The translations under genes and the position numbers were made by a program. A model generated the notes under the pieces. It worked only from the letters and a program-made list of their open reading frames with translations. It searched no databases and was not told the DNA's origin. A stretch of DNA of 64,000 nt from a virus: positions 1 to 64,000 of IMG/VR virus record IMGVR_UViG_3300020474_000005; one strand, written 5' to 3'. This document shows positions 18,339 through 27,500 of the stretch, piece by piece (the stretch's first letter is position 1; the number at the start of each line of letters is the position of its first letter).

Positions 18339-21300
18339 ATGGCCGTTGGTCGAATTTCCGGGCAACTCTTGAAGTCAAACCTTCTGAGACAAGGTCAGAA
18401 TTTGGCTTTTGAGACTAACCTGTTATACATTGATGTTAATAACAACAGGGTCGGTATTAAAACCGCAACTCCGCAATATCCGTTAGATGTTAACGGAACA
18501 GCACGTACAACAAATTTAGAAGCAACTGGAAACGTCCAAGTTGGCAATATCACAATATCAGGAAACAGTATCACAACAACTGCATCGCAGTTAAACTTAT
18601 CTGCACCTGACGGAATTCTATACAACAACAATCTACAAATTGATGACCTTATAATCAGCGGAAATACTATTAGAGCCACTGATTCTAATCAAAATTTTGA
18701 AATTGTTACAAGTGGAACAGGTACAGTTGATATCTATGGTGACACAAGAGTAAATGGTAATATCCATGCAACAGGTAACATCAGAACAGATGGTAATATT
18801 ACAATTGGTGACCAAGACACAGACTCATTAACAATCAATGCAGACGTGGCATCCAACTTAACTCCTGATGTTAGCAACACATATAACTTGGGTACAGCAA
18901 CAAAAAGATGGAACAACGCATACGCAAACAATTTAACTGTTGATAACTTAACACTATCAGGCAACATCACAGTACAAGGACTAAACTTAACAGCACGTCC
19001 AGGTAAAGTGATTTACGTTGCAACTAACGGCAGTGACAGTAATTCAGGAACTCACCAAAATGATCCTTACGCAACAATAGAACAGGCTTTGTCTGTATGT
19101 GTTGCTGGTGATCACGTTCACGTTTATCCAGGCACATACACAGAAGCATTTCCTTTAACTGTGCCAACAGGCGTATCAATAAGAGGTGATGGTTTAAGAG
19201 CAGTATCAATCCAACCAACTGGTTCAACAAATACGAAAGATGCTTTTATATTAAATGGTGAAGTAACAATTGAAGATATCACTATCACAGGTTTTTATTA
19301 CAACAGTTCAGCAAATGAAGGACACGCATTTAGATTTAATCCGTCTGGCAATGATGACAGTAGTGGTTTCCAAGTTACATCTAGATCACCTTACATAAGA
19401 AATATTACAGTAATCACGCAAGGTTCAACAACAACTGCGGCTGACCCAAGAGGTTTTGCGGCGGGAGATGCTGGAAGAGGAGCATTTTTTGATGGAGAAC
19501 TTGCTACACCAAACAGTAACGAAGCAAGTTGTTTATTTCAAAATGCAACATTTATTACTCCAGGTGTTGACGCAATCACATTAACAAACGGTGTTAGAAT
19601 TGAATGGTTAAACTCTTTCACATACTTTGCATTAACAAGTATCAATGCTTACGACGGCACAAACGGAATTAAAGGTGCAGGTCAAACTGCATTGAAACTT
19701 GGTGGCTTTTCAGGAGCCGCACTTGCACAAGGTCAAGTACTTTCTTACTATGACACATCAGGAAATATATTAGCAACAGGAACTATTGCGGCAGTTGATG
19801 GTGGTAAAATTTTTATTAACGGAAAAAGCAGTGGTTTCCAATTGCCTTCAGAGCAAAACGGAAAAACAATTCAAGCAATAGGTGATGCAAAATTAGACAC
19901 AACAACTAAAAAATTCGGTTCAGCAAGTTTAAAATTAGACGGAACTGGTGACGCGGCAAAAATTAATACCAATGCCGACTTTGGATTTGGAACGGGTGAC
20001 TTTACGATTGACTTCTGGGCATATCCTAACGCAGTACAAACAACTTCATTGATTGATATGCGTAACAATGTATCAGTAGAAAATGCTTTTTACTTTTATG
20101 TCGCAAACAATGTTCCAAAAATTTACATAAATGGTGTAGATATCATAACTGGTACACAGGGTTTCAACTTATCGGTATGGACGCACTGTGAAATAGTTAG
20201 AAGCAGTGGCACAATAACAGTTTACATCAATGGTACAAGTGTAGGAAGTGCAAGTGCATCGGCGGATTTTGCAAACGCGAAACCAATGGTAATAGGAAAC
20301 AACTATGGAAACACAAATGGTTGGAACGGATACATTGATGGATTAAGAGTTTACAAAGGACAAGCATTACACACAGGTAACTTTACAGCGCCAACTACAG
20401 AAGCAGTTGGTAATGCAAACACAAAACTAGTTGCAAACTTTAACGGTAACAATGCATCTACAACATTCTTAGATACAAATTTAATTGCACAAGATATTAG
20501 AACATCTGCAGGTGCAACAGCAACATCATTCACTCTTGTTGATTACACAGACTTTGGTGCTGAAGTAAGATCAATAGCATCTGCTTCTATCTATGGAAGA
20601 TTTGGAGTTAAAGGTGACGGTGTTGGTGTAAAAATGTATTTGATAAGTCATAACTTTGCGTACATTGGAAATGATTATGAAGTAGACAACGATGCGGCAA
20701 CAGTAATTCAAGCAAACGAAGTCGTTGCAAACAATGGAGCAAAAATATTTTATAGTTCAGTTGACCATAGAGGAGACTTTAGAGTTGGTGATCAATTTAG
20801 TGTTAATCAACAAACTGGACAAGTAAGTTTCACAAGTGCGGATTTAAACATTGATGTTGATTCTACTTTAACATTTACTACAGGTTCAGATGTTACAACT
20901 ATTTCAGGAAGTGAAATCCAATCAGGAAATGTAAAAATTAGTGGTAATACAATTACAACAACTTCAGGAAATTTAAATTTAGATTCATTTACTAATACAG
21001 TTGCTTTCAGCGACAATGTTAACATCACAGGAAATTTAGATGTTGGTGGAGATATTACAATTGGTGGTAACGTAACTATTGGTGATCAAACAACTGACAA
21101 TATTACAATATCGGCAGGTATTGCATCTGACTTAATTCCTGCAACAAACAATTTATACAACATTGGTTCTCCTACAAAAAACTGGAACAAACTTTTTGCA
21201 AACGAAGTAATAGTTGACAGTGTAAAAATTACAGGTAATCAGATTGAAACTATTGACACAAATGCAGATTTAGATTTAAGAACAAGTGGAACAGGAAACA

Positions 21301-22067
21301 TAACACTTGAAAACTTTACGGCATCAGGTGATACAATTTCAAACACAACTGGAGACTTTATAGTAAATCCAGCAAGTTCAGTGTTTAAGGTTTCAGGTAC
21401 TGGCTCAATTAGAATACCATCTGGTAACACAGCACAAAGACCAGGCTCTCCAGTAGCAGGTATGATGAGATTTAACACTCAAACAAATGTATTTGAGGGT
21501 TACAACGGCAGTAACTGGATAGCACTTACTGGTGTTTATGACCTTGACCAAGACACTTACATCACAGCAGAACTTACGCCAGGTAACGATGATGACACAA
21601 TAAGATTTTATGCGGCAAATACTTTAGTAGCCAGTGTAAATTCAACTAGATTTGACGTCACAAAATTGGTAGTTGATAATATTGAAATTAGTGGAAACAC
21701 ACTTACGACCACTGGAACCGACCAGGATTTGATCTTAAACGCCAATGGAAATGGTAGTATCAGGATTGAAGACTTCAGATTCCAAGGAAATACGATAACT
21801 AATACTATATCGGCTCCGTTAAAGTTAAAAACTACTGGAACTGGGTATATTGACGTATCAGACGCTGGTGGATTTGTTATTCCGGTTGGATCAACAATTG
21901 ATAGACCAGCAACTGGCTTGTTAGGTATGATTAGATACAATACCAATGATGAGCGGGTTGAGTTATACGACGGTCTACAATGGGGATCAATTGCAGGATC
22001 TTCAGGTGCAGTAAGTATAATTGATGCAACAGAAATAGCCGTACAAATGGCGGTAACATTAGGATAG
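18339..22067 (+). CDS. Tail-fibre/baseplate protein with beta-helix and LamG/concanavalin-A-like domain
   Basis: MAVGRISGQLLKSNL start; KFGSASLKLDGTGD...FGTGDFTIDFW...WTHCEIVR...YINGT...GYIDGLRVYKG (LamG-like). Confidence 0.8.
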   Translation: MAVGRISGQLLKSNLLRQGQNLAFETNLLYIDVNNNRVGIKTATPQYPLDVNGTARTTNLEATGNVQVGNITISGNSITTTASQLNLSAPDGILYNNNLQIDDLIISGNTIRATDSNQNFEIVTSGTGTVDIYGDTRVNGNIHATGNIRTDGNITIGDQDTDSLTINADVASNLTPDVSNTYNLGTATKRWNNAYANNLTVDNLTLSGNITVQGLNLTARPGKVIYVATNGSDSNSGTHQNDPYATIEQALSVCVAGDHVHVYPGTYTEAFPLTVPTGVSIRGDGLRAVSIQPTGSTNTKDAFILNGEVTIEDITITGFYYNSSANEGHAFRFNPSGNDDSSGFQVTSRSPYIRNITVITQGSTTTAADPRGFAAGDAGRGAFFDGELATPNSNEASCLFQNATFITPGVDAITLTNGVRIEWLNSFTYFALTSINAYDGTNGIKGAGQTALKLGGFSGAALAQGQVLSYYDTSGNILATGTIAAVDGGKIFINGKSSGFQLPSEQNGKTIQAIGDAKLDTTTKKFGSASLKLDGTGDAAKINTNADFGFGTGDFTIDFWAYPNAVQTTSLIDMRNNVSVENAFYFYVANNVPKIYINGVDIITGTQGFNLSVWTHCEIVRSSGTITVYINGTSVGSASASADFANAKPMVIGNNYGNTNGWNGYIDGLRVYKGQALHTGNFTAPTTEAVGNANTKLVANFNGNNASTTFLDTNLIAQDIRTSAGATATSFTLVDYTDFGAEVRSIASASIYGRFGVKGDGVGVKMYLISHNFAYIGNDYEVDNDAATVIQANEVVANNGAKIFYSSVDHRGDFRVGDQFSVNQQTGQVSFTSADLNIDVDSTLTFTTGSDVTTISGSEIQSGNVKISGNTITTTSGNLNLDSFTNTVAFSDNVNITGNLDVGGDITIGGNVTIGDQTTDNITISAGIASDLIPATNNLYNIGSPTKNWNKLFANEVIVDSVKITGNQIETIDTNADLDLRTSGTGNITLENFTASGDTISNTTGDFIVNPASSVFKVSGTGSIRIPSGNTAQRPGSPVAGMMRFNTQTNVFEGYNGSNWIALTGVYDLDQDTYITAELTPGNDDDTIRFYAANTLVASVNSTRFDVTKLVVDNIEISGNTLTTTGTDQDLILNANGNGSIRIEDFRFQGNTITNTISAPLKLKTTGTGYIDVSDAGGFVIPVGSTIDRPATGLLGMIRYNTNDERVELYDGLQWGSIAGSSGAVSIIDATEIAVQMAVTLG

Positions 22068-22073
22068 AATAAA

Positions 22074-22406
22074 ATGGCAACGACCTTTAGAAACAACGTA
22101 ACAAAAAACATAGGTACAATACCTAACTCAGTTTATACAGCAGGTAATGGAATTTACACAACTGTGGTTGGAATGGTTTTAGCAAATTTAACAGAATCAG
22201 TTGTAAAAGCAAGTGTAACTTTAACTGCTACTCCAGATTCAGTATCAGGTTTTATAGTAAAAGATGTTTTGATAGCACCTAACTCAAGTTTACGTGTGTT
22301 AAACTCGGGAGAAAAATTAATTGTTGCAAGTCAAAACAGTTTGAACGTACAAGCAAACATCAACGACTCACTTGATTGTGTGTTAAGTTATGTGGAGATA
22401 AGTTAA
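22074..22406 (+). CDS. Small beta-sandwich virion adaptor
   Basis: VYTA...TTVVGMVLAN...GEKLIV...LSYVEIS; paralogue of 13837. Confidence 0.65.
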   Translation: MATTFRNNVTKNIGTIPNSVYTAGNGIYTTVVGMVLANLTESVVKASVTLTATPDSVSGFIVKDVLIAPNSSLRVLNSGEKLIVASQNSLNVQANINDSLDCVLSYVEIS

Positions 22407-22407
22407 G

Positions 22408-22869
22408 ATGTCAAATACAGTTGGACAGGATACAGTTGTTTATTTAGAAAATGGTATAAAGTCGAGATACTTCTACGGATTAAGAAGAACAGAAGAAGGA
22501 ACTTTATACATTGGAAAAGTTGACCAACTACAAGCAAACGACCCTGTAACGATAAACGTACCAGGTGCAGTCGCTGACAACTACGAAGGATTTGACCAAG
22601 GTGAAGATTTTTACGAAGGAAGAGATTTAAATCACGCTAAACCATTTAAAAATTTACAATACGAACAATTTAGATGGGATGATGTAAACTTAAATTATTA
22701 CATCAACAGCGAAGGAGAATTTGTTGTTCGATTAAACAGTAAAGTTGGAGACGGAACTATCACGTATCCACAAACTGATGAAACTTTAGTGGCACAACCA
22801 AGTGTGTTTACTATGGACAAGAACACAATTAAGTTTGATAGTAACGAAATAACATTCGATAGAACGTAA
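22408..22869 (+). CDS. Virion protein (paralogue of 24181)
   Basis: RYFYGLRRT.EGT.Y, GEDFYEGRD, L.YEQF.WD shared with 24181..24555. Confidence 0.65.
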   Translation: MSNTVGQDTVVYLENGIKSRYFYGLRRTEEGTLYIGKVDQLQANDPVTINVPGAVADNYEGFDQGEDFYEGRDLNHAKPFKNLQYEQFRWDDVNLNYYINSEGEFVVRLNSKVGDGTITYPQTDETLVAQPSVFTMDKNTIKFDSNEITFDRT

Positions 22870-22888
22870 ACGTGGGAGGATACGAAGA

Positions 22889-24172
22889 ATGACAAGACAA
22901 CTAATTAACACCGGTACTTTACCTAACGATGGTCAGGGTGACTCGTTACGTGATGCTGGTACAAAACTAAATTCCAATTTCAATGAGGTATATACTGCCC
23001 TTGGAAATGGAACGACTTTAACAGTCGTACAAAATAATTTATTCAACGCAACAGGTGCCAACAAAATTGCATTTTTATATAATGCACTTTCCGATCTGCC
23101 TAATGCTACAACCTATCATGGTATGTTCGCCCACGTACATACTGAAGGTGCGGCATACTACGCTCACGCAGGCAACTGGGTTAAACTTCTTGACGCTAAC
23201 AAGTCGATTGACCTTCTATCGGATGTAGACACTTCATCAGCGGCTCCAACAAATGGACAAGCATTAGTTTGGGACGCAGGTGGTTCAAAATGGAAACCGG
23301 GAACAGTATCCGGTGGTGGAGGCGGCAGTGGTGTCACTTTATTCACAGGACTGACTGATACTCCAAGTTCATTCAGTGGATATGCAAATGGTTTTTTAAG
23401 AGTTAACACCGCGGCAGATGGTCTAGAACTTACAACAAGTTTTGGAATTGACACATTGTCAGATGTTGACACAACAACTTCGGCTCCAACAGCAGGACAA
23501 GTTTTAAAATGGAGTGGTACAAAATGGCAACCAGCGGCTGATTCAACATCAGGCGGCGGTGCATCGGATGCCTCAACATTAGATGGTTTAGATAGTACAT
23601 ACTTCTTAAACTACAACAACTTGAACAACAAACCTACAATCGCAACTGCATTTACAGGATTAACAGATACTCCTGCAAACTTCTCAGGTGCTGAAGGTAG
23701 ATTTGTTAAAGTCAACGCAGGTGGAACAGCATTAGAATTTGTGACTTCGTCAGCGGCTTCAACAGCATTCAATGATTTGACAGACGTTACAACAACAGGT
23801 GCGGCACAAGGTGATGTAGTTTACTACAATGGAACTGCATGGGTGTTGCAAAATGGTCCAGTAACTAGATGGAATCTTGGAACTAATGGAGCACAAGACT
23901 ACACATTCAGTGGTCCTGGTTTTCCAACAACAACTAATGACCCAGTATTATATTTGAGCAGAGGACAGACTTACGTTTTTGTAAATGGTGGAGGCTCTAC
24001 GCACCCATTTGAAATAAGAGTTTCAAACGGTGGAAGTGCGTATAGTTCAGGAGTAAGTGGTTCACAATCAGGAACACAGGTGTTCACTGTACCAATGAAT
24101 GCTCCAAGTACTTTGTATTATCAATGTACGGCGCATAGTGGAATGGGTAACACAATTAATATTGTAACATAA
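22889..24172 (+). CDS. Short tail fibre: gp9/gp10-like N-terminus, repeats, C-terminal cupredoxin-like domain
   Basis: RQLINTGTLPNDGQGDSLRDAGTKLNSNF.E.Y; LSDVDT..AP..GQ.L.W repeats; FTGLTDTP repeats; HPFEI...YYQCTAHSGMG. Confidence 0.75.
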   Translation: MTRQLINTGTLPNDGQGDSLRDAGTKLNSNFNEVYTALGNGTTLTVVQNNLFNATGANKIAFLYNALSDLPNATTYHGMFAHVHTEGAAYYAHAGNWVKLLDANKSIDLLSDVDTSSAAPTNGQALVWDAGGSKWKPGTVSGGGGGSGVTLFTGLTDTPSSFSGYANGFLRVNTAADGLELTTSFGIDTLSDVDTTTSAPTAGQVLKWSGTKWQPAADSTSGGGASDASTLDGLDSTYFLNYNNLNNKPTIATAFTGLTDTPANFSGAEGRFVKVNAGGTALEFVTSSAASTAFNDLTDVTTTGAAQGDVVYYNGTAWVLQNGPVTRWNLGTNGAQDYTFSGPGFPTTTNDPVLYLSRGQTYVFVNGGGSTHPFEIRVSNGGSAYSSGVSGSQSGTQVFTVPMNAPSTLYYQCTAHSGMGNTINIVT

Positions 24173-24180
24173 GGATTATA

Positions 24181-24555
24181 ATGGCACAAGTTTTTGGAGT
24201 AGGCATAGATGAATTACAGAAGACACTTGGTAACAACAGGTATTTCTATGGTTTACGCAGAACTTCAGATGGAACGATCTACATGGTAAAAGCAGATTTG
24301 CTTGAACTGGAAGATGGTGTAGAATTGAATAGACCAGGAAATATTAATGAAAATTATAACAATTGGTCACGTGGAGAGGATTTCTTTGAAGGCAGAGACA
24401 CTCAACACAAACTTGTTTATAAAAACCTTGTTTATGAACAGTACAAATGGGACGGAAGAAACCTATTTTACTACGTGAATAAAGATGGTGAATTGGTATT
24501 AAAAGTTAACGAGGCGCAGACGTATACAGGATACGTTGAACCTTATAGTAGTTAG
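24181..24555 (+). CDS. Virion protein (paralogue of 22408)
   Basis: RYFYGLRRTSDGTIY...GEDFFEGRD...YEQYKWD. Confidence 0.65.
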   Translation: MAQVFGVGIDELQKTLGNNRYFYGLRRTSDGTIYMVKADLLELEDGVELNRPGNINENYNNWSRGEDFFEGRDTQHKLVYKNLVYEQYKWDGRNLFYYVNKDGELVLKVNEAQTYTGYVEPYSS

Positions 24556-24583
24556 GAAATAAATAGTATTAAGGAATTAATCA

Positions 24584-27500
24584 ATGGCAGATTTTCGAAT
24601 AGATAGGATACGTTTTAAATGGAGAGGTGACTGGACAGCAGGAACTCTTTATGTAAAAGATGATGTCCTAAGATTCGGTGCAAAAGTTTATGTTTGTACT
24701 GAAGTACACACATCAGATTCAAATTTTTACAACGACTTAAACGCAACAATTCCAAGATGGACACAAATGATGGACGGTCAAAGTTGGACCGGCGCATGGC
24801 AACCATCTACATTTTACAAAATAGGTGAACTTGTTAAAGTTGGTGGTCTTATATACAAATGTATAACAGGACACACTTCTAATTCATCAGCATCAAATGG
24901 TGTATTAGGTGATGAAACAAAATGGGTTTACTTTGCTAGAGGAGAAGACTGGGCAAGTGTATGGCAACCAGCGACTCTTTACAACGTTGACCAAACTGTT
25001 ATCTATGGTGGATCAATTTGGAAGTGTAACACAGCACACACTTCTGCCACAGCAGATGACGGTTTGCAATACAACGCGGCATACTGGGATCAATATTCAA
25101 GATCAGACAACTGGAGAGGTGACTGGACACACAATACTTTATACTATCCAGATGATGTTATATACCACGGTGGTATGGTTTACAGATGTCTATCAGGACA
25201 CAGATCTTCCACAACAAATGAATTTATTAGTCCAACAATAAAAACAAGTAACGTATCAGGTACAAGTTTTACATTCGCAATTTTCAAAGTAACAACAACT
25301 TACTATTGTAGAATTATTACTGCTGGTTCAGGATACACAGCACTAGGCACAATCACAATAGATGGTGCGAACATAGGCGGTGTGACTGGAACAAATGATG
25401 CAGTGATTACACTTAACACCGTAGACGGTTCAGGTGCGGTAACGGCAGTTTCAGTTGATGGTACTCCTAATTCAAACACAGATGGCTTAGAAGCCAACCA
25501 AGCACAATGGGAAACTGTTATGGATGGTATTAGATACCAAGGTGATTGGGGATTTGGTAAGAGATATTCAAAAGGTGATTTAGTAAGATGGTCTCCAGGT
25601 ATGTGGAGAACAACAACAGGACACTGGTCAACTACTGGAACTATGGACGAATCCAAGTTTACACTGTGGTTACCAGGATTAGAATTCGAACAACTTTGGA
25701 CAACGTCACAATATTACCAACAAGGTGACATTGTTTTATATGGAGGTTACACATATCTTGCTTTAAAAAGTAACATCGGCGTAACTCCATTAGTAACAGA
25801 TTCAAGCGCCACATGGCAATTACAGATTGTTGGATACACATTCAAAGGCGACTGGGTAGGACAAACAATAGTAAACAACCAACTTACTCCATACGAATAC
25901 AAAACAGGTGATGTTGTAACAGCAGGTGGTCATTTATACATCGCGGTTAGAACGCACAGCAACACAGATCCGAACACGGATACAACCTACGATCCTGGTA
26001 CAGATACTCCATTCCCATGGCAAAAACTTGTAGATGCTCATGCTTGGAAAGGTCCTTGGAAAACACAAGACATCGGTGGCAAAACTGGTGAGTCAACTTA
26101 TTTCCCAGGAGATGTAGTTTCAGTTGCAGGTACAATATATAGATGTATACTAACACACGAAGCAAATTCATCAGATGCTAAACCACCGTTAGACTTTGCA
26201 TCTGAAAACGTTGGACCATATTGGGTATTATTAGCACAAGGTCACGCACCAAACGTATTGGAATATCCAGGTGATGTTAAAACAGTACAATCAGATTCAA
26301 CAAGATTAAGAATAGGTTTAGGAACGGCGGGACAATTATTAAAAGTAAACACAAACGGTTTACCTTATTGGGAAGACTTTGAAGTAGTACAAAAAGTTTT
26401 CTATGTTGCTCCAGAAGGAAATGACACAATTAATAATGGAGATAAATTATCTGCTCCATTCAAAACTATAAAATATGCTTGTGATTACATTCAACAAGAT
26501 TTAAACAACAGAGCACCAGCAACTGTTTTTGTTAAAACAGGAATTTATGAAGAAATATTACCAATCACAGTTCCAAGAGACGTTGCTATTGTTGGAGATG
26601 AATTAAGAAGTACAACAATTAAACCTGCGTCAGGATATGAAACAGGTTATGATATGTTCAGAGTAAACAACGGAACTGGTATTAGAAATTTAAGTTTAAT
26701 GGGACTAACAGGTTCTTTGGGAGCGATGAATTCCTATGGTACAAAACGTCCAACAGGTGGAGCATTTGTTACCTTAAATCCAGGAACAGGTCCAACAGAC
26801 GCAAGTGCATGGATTACAAGTAAATCTTGTTATGTACAAAACGTTTCTACATTTGGTACAGGTTGTATTGGAATGAAAGTAGACGGCGATTTACACAATG
26901 GTGGTAACAAATCAATTGTTGCCAATGACTTTACACAGGTAATTGACCAAGGTATTGGTTATTGGGCAAACGGTGAAGGTAAATCGGAACTTGTATCTGT
27001 GTTTACGTACTATTGCCACATAGGTTATCTTGCTACAAACGGTGGAAAAGTTAGAGCAACAAACGGAAACAATTCATATGGAGATTTTGGTTCGGTTGCA
27101 GAAGGTGTTACACCAACTGAAACAGCAATTACGGCAAAAATTAACAACAGAACAAAAGAAGCGACTGTTGACGCAGTTTACAATGATGAAAACGAAATAT
27201 TTGCATTTGCTTATGCTCATGCAGGTCAGGATTACACATCAGGAACAATTACAATTTCAGGTTCAGGTGCAGGAGCGGCAGGTACTCTTGGATATGCAAA
27301 CACACGTGATGGTGGTGTAAACAGAATTAGATTAATGGGTCCTGGAGATTCTACTCCAGCAGGAGGTGCCGGTTATACAAGTATATCTGGTCCAGCAATT
27401 TCAGGTGATAAAACATCTATCAAACTTAATGCACAATTTCAAGGTACGTCGGCACAGACTATTGGACAAAGAATATACATAAGAGAAGGTACAGGTAGAG

